A stretch of 64,000 nucleotides of DNA from assembly GCA_963691875.1 (NCBI GenBank), contig OY829846.1, positions 96,001 to 160,000 of the forward strand. The letters run 5' to 3'. This DNA is from Aureliella sp. (GTDB taxonomy: Bacteria > Planctomycetota > Planctomycetia > Pirellulales > Pirellulaceae). The notes below the pieces were generated by a model. That model saw only the letters and a list, made by a program, of their open reading frames with translations, was not told where the DNA came from and did not search any database. The position numbers and the translations under genes are program-made. Of this stretch, positions 22,277 to 32,435 are shown one piece after another. The stretch's first letter is position 1. Each line of letters begins with the position of its first letter.

Positions 22277-22603
22277 ATGCATTTTCTTCGATGTATTGTT
22301 CTGGCGTTTACTCTTCTCGCCAACTCTCTCACTGGTGACTCTGATATCTGTGTTCCATGCGCCGCGGAAGCTACAGCATTCGTCACCGCTGAAAACATTC
22401 TTATTGCTGCCGAAATGACCCTCCAAGCAGCAAAAGAGGCATTCGAAGATGATCCTTCCACTGAGAATGCATCAGCACTGTGCACTGCTCAAAACATCCA
22501 CGCCGCCGCATTGGCAACTTACAGCTCGGCACTCAGTGCCCTACAAGACTGCTTGTCGAGTGGTGGACCCATAATCGAAGACACAATTTCGATCCTTGAG
22601 TAA
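22277..22603 (+). CDS. Secreted 108-aa helical Cys protein, paralog of 39715..40041
   Basis: Signal peptide, CVPCAAE, DPSTEN, DC..GGPI..DTISILE. Confidence 0.75.
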   Translation: MHFLRCIVLAFTLLANSLTGDSDICVPCAAEATAFVTAENILIAAEMTLQAAKEAFEDDPSTENASALCTAQNIHAAALATYSSALSALQDCLSSGGPIIEDTISILE

Positions 22604-22849
22604 ACGCAGTGCTGGAATACCCCCTAGGTTCAAAAGTTCTGTCTACATTTTGTACGTCGGTTTCGGGCCTCGCCCCATCATGCGGGCACCCGGTAGGGAT
22701 CCGCCGGAAGAACTCGTTGAGCCCGGGTGCAATAAATTGGATGTTCAGCGAGTAGGATGTGTTCGGTTCTTTCTCAGAGCAATACGCAAATAGAACCATG
22801 AGAATCGAATCTACCTGAGGCTTGAGAGTATAGATCGGCCCGCTACCAA

Positions 22850-23167
22850 GGTAAAAGCACGCAGGCAAATAGCATTTGCGGATGCTTTCACAAGATCATC
22901 TTAGAAGAGTTCTACCAAATCGTATTTCGAGAAAGGATCTACGAAAATCTTGAGCAATTCCAATTGGTTCTACGTGACTGGATGAACAGCAACAACAGCT
23001 GAATACCACATAGTGGTCGCTACTGCTATGGCAAAACGCCGATGGAGACTATTAAAGGATCGCTGTGAGCGACCAAGGGGAAATTGCTCGATGGATCACA
23101 CAAAAAACTCCGCTGACAGCACTGTAAGGACAGGATGCAACTGTCAGCTCAAGCACGCGCCACTACA
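22850..23167 (+). mobile_element. IS481-family transposase 3' remnant
   Basis: Translates to FHKIILEEFYQIVFRERIYENLEQFQ..W...*..HSGRYCYGKTPMET with in-frame stop; ends ..CTACA like IS481 ends. Confidence 0.7.
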
Positions 23168-23326
23168 GATAAATGCTTATTTCAACGCTGGCGTGAAATG
23201 CCTGCCAAATACGCTATGTTCGCCCGGATGATCGATGTTCGCGGCAAATGTCTCTTCTTTGTCAGATGCAGCTGTGAGGAAAGCCTTTCGTTAACTGCGG
23301 CAGATTGCTGAGCAGAGGAATGCCCA

Positions 23327-24370
23327 CTACTTGCGACCAAGACTGTTCCTTTTGCGACTCATTACCGAAAACATCGCAATGCCGCCAAAAATCATAAGTG
23401 ACGATGGTTCAGGAACTGCTGTAAAGAATCCGTCGTCATAATTTTGTTTAATGCCGGGCAAACCGATAACACGAAACCCACCCCCGGGATTGTTTTCCAA
23501 AGTCGCAAATCGATCAAGCCGGGTGGATGATTGCAAAAACCAACTCGAGCTATTCCAATAGCCACCGCGGAATCCTCGATTCGCCAAAACGTCAGAGTTG
23601 GTGAAATCTACGCTGGTCTCTTCCCATTCGTCAACGTTGCCGTTCATTCCCACAACACCATATGCGTTCGCACCACCGGCCAGTGTTATATCCGCAGGAC
23701 CACCTATCGGCGCTGCGGGATGGCCGTATACGGCCGTGTTTGCGGCCGAGTCACTCACCACTGATGTAGGGATATCTCCAGTTAAGGTGGCATACTGCCC
23801 CCAAGTATCGGACACCGGATCGAAGTAGGCTGCTTTGTACCACTCGTCCGTACAAGGGAGAGCATAAACAGCTTTTGAATTACGGTAGGGGTTCATTGGA
23901 TCGTACCCATCGTCGCTTCCAGTCCAAAGCTCGTTCATGTCTCCAATCCCGCTGTCGGGTGCAAACTTATAGGCAGGGGCATACCCCTTGCTGGTATTCA
24001 TCCAATTCACAAAACGGGCCGCCTCCAACCAGGAAATCCCCGTCGCTGCTATGTTAGGACCATTGGCAGGATAGGTGCTATTGTTTGAATGCGTGATGGT
24101 CAGGTTATTACTATCGCCAAACAGCGCGTTGTATTTGTCTATCACGCCGCGGCTGATTTCGTACTTACCTACTTGGTATTCATAAGAAACCGAACCAGTT
24201 GGGCGTTGACCTGGATGGACATCAGCCGTGTTACCTGTATCTCCGATGGTCACAAATTCCATAGTGAACGCATTGCTGCCCGACCCGAACACAACGATTC
24301 CCGCCTGGGCTTCGGAACAAAGCAATGCTGGAAACGAAGAGAGAAGGATTAACACAGTTCTCAAAGGCAT
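23327..24370 (-). CDS. PEP-CTERM protein with FGE/SUMF1-like domain
   Basis: GKYEI, SWLEAARFVNW, LPCTDEWYKAA, GNVDEW, RGGYW, GFRV, VPEPSS-TM-RKR. Confidence 0.88.
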   Translation of the reverse strand: MPLRTVLILLSSFPALLCSEAQAGIVVFGSGSNAFTMEFVTIGDTGNTADVHPGQRPTGSVSYEYQVGKYEISRGVIDKYNALFGDSNNLTITHSNNSTYPANGPNIAATGISWLEAARFVNWMNTSKGYAPAYKFAPDSGIGDMNELWTGSDDGYDPMNPYRNSKAVYALPCTDEWYKAAYFDPVSDTWGQYATLTGDIPTSVVSDSAANTAVYGHPAAPIGGPADITLAGGANAYGVVGMNGNVDEWEETSVDFTNSDVLANRGFRGGYWNSSSWFLQSSTRLDRFATLENNPGGGFRVIGLPGIKQNYDDGFFTAVPEPSSLMIFGGIAMFSVMSRKRNSLGRK

Positions 24371-25109
24371 TTTGAATTTCTTTTTTGAACTAGGGCATCC
24401 GGCAGGTCCGATTTGTTAGAACCTTGCTGCTCGTCAGCCGAAAAGCAGACTACCTGCTCAAAGTGCGTGCACGACCGCGCATTATATTTAGTGACGTTTA
24501 GTGATAAAGGCTTTTCTATGCAAAACTTAATACTCTCGGTGCGATCGTGAAATTAATGACTAGTTAGTAAATATTTTACAGTTCCCGCTGCACGACCCAG
24601 TCGGCTCAGCATGCGTGAACCATCACCTTCACGTCGTACCGTCTCAATAGCAGTCTTGAAAAACTGCTTCGCTCAACTTTCTTATTAGATGCACACTTGC
24701 GTTCTGAAAACTCATGCTTTTGCTCCTCTCGATTGCATTGTCAGCAGAAACGTCCGAATTCGATCGTTATGTTTTAACGATGGTGTTGGACAAATGTTGT
24801 GTCTGCACCTGGCATGAAAATGAATGTTTGGATGCTGTTTTACGACTTAACTCGCAGCCATAGCGTTTACAGTTATCAACGCAGGTAACCAAGATTAAGT
24901 AAGTGAATTGCAAGAAGCACCACGGCGGCTGCGTTTTCTTCCACGTGGACAAGATGCAGATTTACCGAATGCTAATGCATAAGCATCTCTTAGGTGCATC
25001 GCTATCCACCTCCGAGCTACACCAGACAACCATCTCGAATTTAGATCGTGGATTGCAAACGCAAAAATACATTGACTGGACTCGGTACCGTCAATTGTTT
25101 GGGCTGCTA

Positions 25110-25540
25110 GAGTGCTCCCCTAAAACAGATTCGTGTGTTGTGTGAAAGATCTTACAAGGAGAGCTTCCATGAACAGAAAGCCAGAAAGACAAAAGCCTGA
25201 ACCTCTCGTACAAACACTCCAGAAGGGGCAAGCGATGGTTTCGGCCGGAACATCGGAAACAGAAGTTTTCGAGAGGCTTGAGATCACTGAGTCCACCTGG
25301 AAGAGATGGAACAGCTAGTACGGCGGAATCAAGTCCGATGAAGCCAAGCGACTACTTGGGCTTGATACAGAGAAACAGCGTTTCGAGGAAATGTTCGCTA
25401 TGGCAGGGCTGGATAAGCGTATTCTGAAGACCGCTCTGGAGGCAACTACTGAGCCCCGCACTGCGACGCGAAGCAGTCAGTCACGCAAAAGACTTGCGTC
25501 GTATCGCAGCGTCGAGCATTCGCATCTCGCAGTGCGGCTT
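25110..25540 (+). mobile_element. IS3-family remnant (orfA with in-frame stop)
   Basis: ..LEITESTWKRWNS*YGGIKSDEAKRL..LDKRILK typical OrfA; orfB essentially absent. Confidence 0.7.
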
Positions 25541-25821
25541 TAAGTCCAGTCGCTGCGCTCCCTACATTTAATCCGGCACACCGAACTTATCGGACAAAGG
25601 GGGCACTGCAGGGCTACACCCGGATTCTTGGCTACGTAGGAAACTCGGCATCGAGTCGCTGACGCTTGTATGGACACGGGGAGCTTAGCGATCGAGCAAT
25701 TTCTGATCGGTGCGTCCCACTTCATCGTCCTCTGATAGGCTCGCGAGTGTTGCCTTGCCCATTTTTAGTTGTGGTGGCTACGATGTCAGTGGGTTGTATG
25801 CCAGCTCCAATCACTCCCTTA

Positions 25822-26816
25822 TTATTTGATCTCGTTTGCCAATGATCCTATGGTCCACAATATGACGAGGAATTGGATTGCGATCGCGACAATGATGAAC
25901 ACTCCTAAAGTGTCCAAACGAAAAATCACCATGACCACACCTCTGAAATAGAGGTCCCACCATTTGTCTAAAACGCTTGTGTAGCGTTTTGTCCAATCGC
26001 ACAAGTAACATCTGTTTGGAGAACTCAAGACTTTACCGCAACTGGGGCACAATCCCTTGCGCTCGAAATTTCGTGGAAATCTCTTTTTGTCATATCCGAG
26101 CCATCCCTCCACAAATCCGTCATACCAGAAGCCGTACCAGAAAGGTATCGGCAAGAGCCCCACCACCAAGGAAATAAGGCGGAGCGTATACGGCATGGGG
26201 CGTTTATGGTCCTTATTTAACCGAAGATACTCTTCGTAATCTGAATTTAGTTTGAGTTGTTTTTCTGCACCTTGCCTTGCTGCCTTTAACTCTTCCTTTT
26301 CCTTCAACCTTTTTTCTTTGACTGCGAACTTCTGCTTGATGTTCACCCAAAGTAATTCGAAAAAGCCTTTACTGCGGGGATGGCGAGCTTTTGCAAATGC
26401 AGGGGGCGGAGGAGGTATAGGCGGTTGCGGTGGAGTTGATGCCTCCTTCGCCCCTCGGGTATCGACAGCAGGTTGTTCGGAGACGCTGAAGAATTGTGAA
26501 CTCGGTTTGAACGAATCAACTAAGCCTTGGCGGATTCGGGTAGTCGGTAACACCTCACCATTGGCAATCATCGATGTGAGTTTCGTTTTTACGAATGGCC
26601 CCTGAATTCCATTGGAAGATTTCACGTACCAGCCAAACTCATCCAAACGCTTAAAAAGCTTTCTAACATAATCAACAGAAAACTCTTTCCCCCCCTTTCA
26701 CCTTGGGTTATGCGAGCATTCGTAGGTATCTTATTAGCATTTAGAAGTACCCGAAGTTGCGATTCGGTAAACGGACCGCTTATTTTTTGGTTGATTCTTA
26801 TGAAGTACCGACTCAT
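25822..26816 (-). CDS. Tandem GYF_2 (DUF4339) membrane protein, split by a frameshift at a G7 tract
   Basis: YFIRINQKISGPFT.. in 26622..26816 and WYVKSSNGIQGPFV.. in 25822..26646; Pro-rich linker, TM segments, CxxC..CxxC. Confidence 0.7.
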
Positions 26817-26971
26817 GTTCTGCTAGCTTCTGTGATGTTATTTCGGGCATGCTGTAACACCACCTCGTCTTGATCCTGCCCCAATTTTGCTAATAGAGGT
26901 CTTATTGTGGCTTTGGTTTTCAAAAATTGTGTGACGTTGCAATCAACTGTTACGTATTGAATTGTGGTGAG

Positions 26972-27727
26972 TTACAGCTGGTGATGTTCTTCGGCACCCG
27001 CGAGCTTCAGGATTTTTTCCCATAGTTCATAACGCTTCGGAGAGTCTTTTTTCAGCTGGAGCAATTTTCCGGCATCGAGGCAGCCTGCATATAACATGGC
27101 AAATTCAGCAAGATCCTCGTGAGCCACACCATCACCGTATCGGGATACGGAAACGTTATCAGCCTTCAATGCGAGGCTCCATTGTTCGAGAATGTCTGCC
27201 TGCTGAGCGCGAGCGCGCTGTTCCATGACATGACCGGCTTCATGCATGTACACGGCTGGACCGGCTTGTGGAATGATATTTAGATAATTTTGCGATCCGT
27301 GTGCGGCAGCACCATTTAGGGTCTTGTAGATGGCGATACCGTCTTTCCCCGGCTCCGATACAATTGCAAAGGCTCGTCGGTACAAAGGAGGCAGTTTTTC
27401 CAACTTGGCTGCGACATCAGCCAAACTTGTTTTTGACTGATCTTCGATTGAAATGCGGAAATCAGTTTTGCCCAAAGATACCAGCCAGGTTTTCCCCGGT
27501 GACTGCCCACGTTTTAAAGCTATGACGTTTGGCCCGGAGACAATCTTCAGCTTGTCAGTATTCTTTAATCCAGCCTTCAGGCAATATTGCTTGTAATCAT
27601 TCACAAGGTACTTCTTGTCCTGTGCACTGGCATCTGTGTCGATGAAAACCAATGCAATGGAAAGTGCTAAAGCTGTTTTTAATAACATCTGAGATCTCGG
27701 GGGCAAATTCTTTTTTATCATCCTCAA
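26972..27727 (-). CDS. Exported zincin-like metalloprotein
   Basis: Signal peptide, HEAGH, VSRYG....EDLAE. Confidence 0.7.
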   Translation of the reverse strand: MRMIKKNLPPRSQMLLKTALALSIALVFIDTDASAQDKKYLVNDYKQYCLKAGLKNTDKLKIVSGPNVIALKRGQSPGKTWLVSLGKTDFRISIEDQSKTSLADVAAKLEKLPPLYRRAFAIVSEPGKDGIAIYKTLNGAAAHGSQNYLNIIPQAGPAVYMHEAGHVMEQRARAQQADILEQWSLALKADNVSVSRYGDGVAHEDLAEFAMLYAGCLDAGKLLQLKKDSPKRYELWEKILKLAGAEEHHQL

Positions 27728-28106
27728 GCTTCATCACTCGGCAAGCTTGTGTTTGCATCGCATTGTATCTGGCAATGCAGCAGCATGTTGGAAAGTAAGT
27801 CGGCTAATCCTTTAAGGGATGCAGCGATCAAGACCTCGCCAGGCAGCTTCTAGTAATTTGCTGCCGAACCTTGCTCCGTGGTGTAGCTGAAAGCAGCTCT
27901 CTGTGCGGCAATCTCTTGCTTTATTTTTAACTCGTTTCTGTCGAGACAATTGTGATAGTTACTTTCGCGGTCTTCCTGGTAAATGGCAGATTCCAGTGGC
28001 CGGCTGGTAGCGAGCTAGCCTAGATTTGCCCGTGATCTTTACTTAGGGTGAGCGGCCGTGAATAGCTCCTTATTTGGCTTCGAAACCCTGTGTTTCCTGC
28101 TAGATC

Positions 28107-28135
28107 TTGTGACGGGTAGAGGTCGCGGCTAGAAT
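28107..28135 (+). promoter_or_regulatory. Sigma70-like promoter of the tRNA-Pro gene
   Basis: TTGTGA-17 bp-TAGAAT, 80 bp upstream of the tRNA fragment. Confidence 0.55.
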
Positions 28136-28214
28136 AACGTGGCCTACTTCGGAAAGGCAGATCCCCCTGTTTTTCCTGGCGGTATTAAGTTTTCGAACTG
28201 CTGGAAAGCAACAT

Positions 28215-28256
28215 CGGGCTATAGCGCAGCCTGGCTAGCGCGCTACCTTGGGGTGG
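28215..28256 (+). tRNA. tRNA-Pro(GGG) 5' half only; probable prophage att junction
   Basis: CGGGCTA acceptor strand, TA, GCGC-AGCCTGGCTA-GCGC D arm, CTACC, loop TTGGGGT, GG, then unrelated AAAAAAGG; no T arm follows. Confidence 0.85.
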
Positions 28257-28328
28257 AAAAAAGGCGGTTTCTGATATACTGTCTTTTCCCTTGGAACTCG
28301 CTCGATTTAGGTTTGCACGTCTCTCTGT

Positions 28329-28350
28329 CGGTCCTAAATCCGGTCCTAAA
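28329..28350 (+). repeat. CGGTCCTAAA direct repeat x2, candidate integrase arm sites
   Basis: Copies at 28329 and 28341, between the tRNA junction and the integrase start. Confidence 0.5.
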
Positions 28351-28362
28351 CAAGAGCAGCAG

Positions 28363-29406
28363 ATGGCACGACCTAGCAAGCCTTACTTCAGCACAGAGAA
28401 GAAAAAATGGCTTGTCACGATCAAAGGCAAGCGGATCGATCTGGGGCGAGACGAAGAGAAGGCGATGAAGAAGTTTCATCGCTTGATGTCCGCAGAAGAA
28501 GAGATCGGTGGCGAGATCGTCAACTTGTACCGCTTCTCGCAAGTCTACTTGAGCTGGCTCAAGAAGAATCGCAAAGAAGCCACCTACCTAAAAGTGCGGC
28601 GGAGCCTGAAGAGCTTCATCGAGCACGTCGGAAAGAGACTCTATGTCGCGAGTCTCAGGGGGCACCACATCACTAAGTGGCTAGAAGCAAACCCTGGTTG
28701 GCAGAGCCCGACGACGCAGAACATCAACGTGCGATGCGTAAATGAGATGCTCAATTGGGGAGTCGCAGAAGGGTATTTCGACAAGAACCCTATCCGGTAC
28801 TACAAGAAACCAGCCGAGCGGACTCGGGATGCTTACTACTCAAACGAGCAGTGCAGCGAACTACTTGCTGCAGTGAAGAAGATGCGAGGCGACGTTGGTG
28901 TGCTGGTCGAGTTCCTTCTGGAGACAGGAAGCAGACCACAGGAAGTCCGCTTGATGCAAGGTCGTCACCTTAAAGATGATACATGCTTCATTCCGGCAGA
29001 AGAGGGCAAGATGGGACAGGAGAGAACCATTTACCCTAACAACAAAGCGCTTGCCATTCTAAGAGCCCAAAGGGAGAAGCGAGAGACTGACAACGAGTAC
29101 TTGTTCTTGAATGATCACGGCAAGATGTTCACCAAGGACACTATCATCAACGCTTTCAAACGCGCCGAGAAAACAATCGGATGGAAAGCTCGTTCATACG
29201 ACCTGCGGCACACTTGGTGTACCAATGCTCTTATGGATGGGCTGGACTGCACTGCCGTCGTTCAGTTGATGGGGCACAAAGATCCAGAGATGGTGATGAA
29301 GGTCTACAGCAAGCTGCAGAAAAACCCTGGCTTTCTGAGAGAACAAGCAAACCGCGTTAGAAATGTATCTCCTCAGGTTCCGGAAGAGAGTCAATCTTCG
29401 GCGTAG
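28363..29406 (+). CDS. int: Tyrosine recombinase/integrase
   Basis: TGSRPQE, YDLRH, MGH, VY catalytic pattern; probable start MARPSKPYF. Confidence 0.93.
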   Translation: MARPSKPYFSTEKKKWLVTIKGKRIDLGRDEEKAMKKFHRLMSAEEEIGGEIVNLYRFSQVYLSWLKKNRKEATYLKVRRSLKSFIEHVGKRLYVASLRGHHITKWLEANPGWQSPTTQNINVRCVNEMLNWGVAEGYFDKNPIRYYKKPAERTRDAYYSNEQCSELLAAVKKMRGDVGVLVEFLLETGSRPQEVRLMQGRHLKDDTCFIPAEEGKMGQERTIYPNNKALAILRAQREKRETDNEYLFLNDHGKMFTKDTIINAFKRAEKTIGWKARSYDLRHTWCTNALMDGLDCTAVVQLMGHKDPEMVMKVYSKLQKNPGFLREQANRVRNVSPQVPEESQSSA

Positions 29407-29596
29407 CATGAGCCTGCAGGTACTCGTCGATATGCTTACCCGTAATCCGGATCGCGTTTCCAATACGGTAGTGACCGAGTTTTCCGGAATTAACTAGGCG
29501 CCGTACTACGTGTTCGGACACCTGGAACAGTTCGGCAGCTTGCTTCACGCTCTTGTAAAGCTCTGGCTTTTCTTTTTCGTGGGTGGTCGTCGTCAT
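29357..29596 (-). CDS. xis: Excisionase-type HTH_17 protein
   Basis: SVKQAAELFQVSEHVVRRLVNSGKLGHYRIGNAIRI; convergent with int, 50-bp overlap. Confidence 0.8.
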   Translation of the reverse strand: MTTTTHEKEKPELYKSVKQAAELFQVSEHVVRRLVNSGKLGHYRIGNAIRITGKHIDEYLQAHATPKIDSLPEPEEIHF

Positions 29597-29657
29597 GGTT
29601 GTGGTCAGCTCTTGCCTTTGCCGAAGATCGAGATTCCTAGTTGTGCCCAGAAAAGCA

Positions 29658-29924
29658 TCATTCATCATTATTGTTTGTACTGTCTTGGCTCACCTCTTTG
29701 AGCTGTTCTCTGAGCCAAGACTTGGGAAAGAATACAAATGCGGGAACAGCGATGACAAACGAGACAACACTACCAAGTGCTAAAACAAGCGCTGATGCTA
29801 TTAGTACAATCGCAAACACAGCGATTGCCACAAGTACGAACACTAGCCCCACGCGAAACCGAACTGTGTCCCATGTTCTTCGCATCCATTTACCTTCTTT
29901 CTTCTGTTCAAGTTCTGAGCTCAT
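29658..29924 (-). CDS. Small membrane protein
   Basis: About 40-residue hydrophobic stretch. Confidence 0.6.
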   Translation of the reverse strand: MSSELEQKKEGKWMRRTWDTVRFRVGLVFVLVAIAVFAIVLIASALVLALGSVVSFVIAVPAFVFFPKSWLREQLKEVSQDSTNNNDE

Positions 29925-29927
29925 TTT

Positions 29928-31946
29928 TCATTTCCTATAAAACGGGGTTTCGTCCGCTTCTGCTGCGAGAGGACAGCCAGCTGCCCAACTAGGAGCATGC
30001 GACATTAGACGGTCCATCTCTGCTGCAGATCCTTGACCGATCGGCACTTCTGTTACTGCTTCGTCGTGTAAGGTCAGCACTACCGGATACCCGGCTGCTT
30101 CACAGTTCAACATGCCGTGAACCATGATGTCTCTCGCAGTTGCCTGAACGATGTTCTCGGTGATGATCCCACCGTACAAGCGAGTCCAATAGCCGTTGCC
30201 TCCAGAGTCGCTGTTCCAGTATTTGACTTGGGTCCGCTCTCGCCCGTGACGGACTTCTTTCGAAAGCGTTGGGCGGAAGTACCAAAGAGGACGTCCGCTC
30301 GGTAGCCAGATCAATAGCCAGTCTGGATTGCGTCCATCCATCGTCACGAGACTGTTTCGAGTCGGTACGATGCTCTGCGTCACGACTGCTTGAACGACGC
30401 AGTCTTGTACGTGGTACCAGTAGCTGACGATGTCAGGGTTCTTTTGTCGGTAAGTCGTGACAGCACGTTCGACTAGTTGAAGGTCTAGCAGCACCCCTGA
30501 CTTCTTGTGGATGTTCTTCTGAAAGGTTGGTGCAGCCATTTGAAAGCCGCAACCAAGCACGGTACTCTTGCCTAGGTCTCGCTCTTTCTTTCCGACTGCT
30601 TCGTTTGGGATACCAAAGATCGCTGCTCCCATCGGAACGTATACGTCTTCTCCGGCAGCGAAGGCAGCAATCAGATCCTGCTGACCGGCTTCCCATGCCA
30701 AGACTCTGGCTTCGATTTGAGCTAGGTCACAAGTGACATAACGTTTTCCCGGTGCGGCAGTGAGGCAAGGACGCACCATGCTTGCTAGCAGCTTTCTCAT
30801 CCCAAGCGGGTTTTGAAATACGGCTGGGTCGCGTTGCTTGACCTGTTGAACAGTGCTCGGTAGCTCGTCGACGGGATTCCCCAGCTCATCTTTTGACTTG
30901 AAGATGAACCCCGAGGAGAGATTCTGCGGCTGGACACCGTTGCCAGACCATCTGCCGGTCCCAGCACCGTAGTAGCGAAACCCACCGCGAAGACGTCCAT
31001 CAGAACTGAGGTCAGTCAGCATTCGTTGAAACTTCTTAGTCGCTGCGCTGCCGATCTCCCTTCGGATCTTCATCGCTTGCATTAGCCCGGTTTCGTGCTG
31101 AAGTTCAGGTGCGTCTTGTAGATCTCTTAGGACGTCATCTGCACAGCTAGTTATCTTTTTGCCTAAGTGAAACTCCGTGAACTTAGAAATCCATGCAGAT
31201 AGCTCTAACACTTGAGTGTGAGCAAAACCCGTTAGACGTTTGAATTCTTCGGCTTTAGCTGATTCGTAAGTTCGCCAGAGTTCGATCGCTGCGCGGGCAA
31301 GATCCTGATCAATCAAAAGCCCGCGTTCGTTCATTTGCTGATCCAGTAACCAGACCTGACGCTCACTGTCGGTCATGGGAGGCAGGTACTGTGCTATGAA
31401 CCTTTCAGCGTAGGTGTCTTGTTCACAGTATTCGTAGAGTCTCTGCAGGTCTGCCGGAGTAGGTACGCGGAACTTTCCGGTCTTGCTGTCGGGCTTCGTC
31501 AGTTGTTTCATCAACCGACCACCTTCGATGTCCTTTGCGACATCGATTCCGAGCCACTTAGGAATGTGCTCTAGTTTTCGAGGTGCTCCCACAACAGCGG
31601 CTCTAGCTGCCGCACAGTGCCATTGCTCTAAATGAAGGAATGGCCACCCGTAGAGACGAGTGCAAGCCCGGTTCCAGACGTTCCGCTCAAACGCTGCATT
31701 GAATGCTGAAAACGCACCTCCCTGCCGAGCGTAATCCTGCAGCCACTGTGGTAGGGAACCGAGTCCGGGATGCCAAAGATAGGACTCTCCCTCGCCCAGC
31801 CCCCACCGAAACGAAGCGCAGAGCACTTCGAACTCAGGGCACATAGTATAGTTATGAACTCCGCGAGAGATTTCGATCCGTGATTTCGTTTCGAAGTCAA
31901 CTGAGATGGGATGCAATTGCTTCCTCCCACATTTGTTGACCGCCAT
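29928..31946 (-). CDS. Phage family A DNA polymerase with 3'-5' exonuclease
   Basis: DFET ExoI, YCEQD ExoIII, TGRWS, DLAQIEAR motif A, R..GK...LG motif B, HDE motif C. Confidence 0.95.
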   Translation of the reverse strand: MAVNKCGRKQLHPISVDFETKSRIEISRGVHNYTMCPEFEVLCASFRWGLGEGESYLWHPGLGSLPQWLQDYARQGGAFSAFNAAFERNVWNRACTRLYGWPFLHLEQWHCAAARAAVVGAPRKLEHIPKWLGIDVAKDIEGGRLMKQLTKPDSKTGKFRVPTPADLQRLYEYCEQDTYAERFIAQYLPPMTDSERQVWLLDQQMNERGLLIDQDLARAAIELWRTYESAKAEEFKRLTGFAHTQVLELSAWISKFTEFHLGKKITSCADDVLRDLQDAPELQHETGLMQAMKIRREIGSAATKKFQRMLTDLSSDGRLRGGFRYYGAGTGRWSGNGVQPQNLSSGFIFKSKDELGNPVDELPSTVQQVKQRDPAVFQNPLGMRKLLASMVRPCLTAAPGKRYVTCDLAQIEARVLAWEAGQQDLIAAFAAGEDVYVPMGAAIFGIPNEAVGKKERDLGKSTVLGCGFQMAAPTFQKNIHKKSGVLLDLQLVERAVTTYRQKNPDIVSYWYHVQDCVVQAVVTQSIVPTRNSLVTMDGRNPDWLLIWLPSGRPLWYFRPTLSKEVRHGRERTQVKYWNSDSGGNGYWTRLYGGIITENIVQATARDIMVHGMLNCEAAGYPVVLTLHDEAVTEVPIGQGSAAEMDRLMSHAPSWAAGCPLAAEADETPFYRK

Positions 31947-32328
31947 CGTATGCGGTGTAGTTCAGAGGCAGTTCGCCAGCAGCGATTTGGCAAACGAGCA
32001 GATCGAGCAACACGAGAGCTTCCATGTCGGATTTAAGTGAGAGCTGTTGCGAAAAGTTTGCAGGTAACATAGCCTCACCGTACATCCCTTGCTCGTTGAT
32101 CTCCTCACTGTCTGGGTGTTGTGCAAAGAGCTGAATCTGATGTGTTCGCCCAATCTGGCAACCGCGCTTGAGTGACGCTTTGGTCGCCCGTAAGTGCGTC
32201 ACTGTCAGGAAGTACCAATCCCAGACAGGATGCATTTCAGGCGCACGGATTAACCAGCCGCCTAAGATTCTCCACGTAGAAGGGTGCCTATCATCTGGTG
32301 GCGGTTGGCTTAATTCGAGTATCAGCAT
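31897..32328 (-). CDS. Phage hypothetical protein
   Basis: 143-aa ORF within the operon. Confidence 0.6.
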   Translation of the reverse strand: MLILELSQPPPDDRHPSTWRILGGWLIRAPEMHPVWDWYFLTVTHLRATKASLKRGCQIGRTHQIQLFAQHPDSEEINEQGMYGEAMLPANFSQQLSLKSDMEALVLLDLLVCQIAAGELPLNYTAYDGGQQMWEEAIASHLS

Positions 32329-32435
32329 GTAGATGCCCCACGTTGAGATTGGTGACTGAGTCTTGATTCCTCATGCGGTCTGTCAAACCGCTCAATCTGC
32401 CCCAGCAGGACTGGGGCACCTCCATGCGACAGCAG

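Noticed and set aside
28115..28140. GGTAGAGGTCGC upstream of the tRNA half, resembling a permuted 3' half
   Set aside because: There is no valid T arm or acceptor strand; it is the spacer of a TTGTGA/TAGAAT promoter and probably coincidence.
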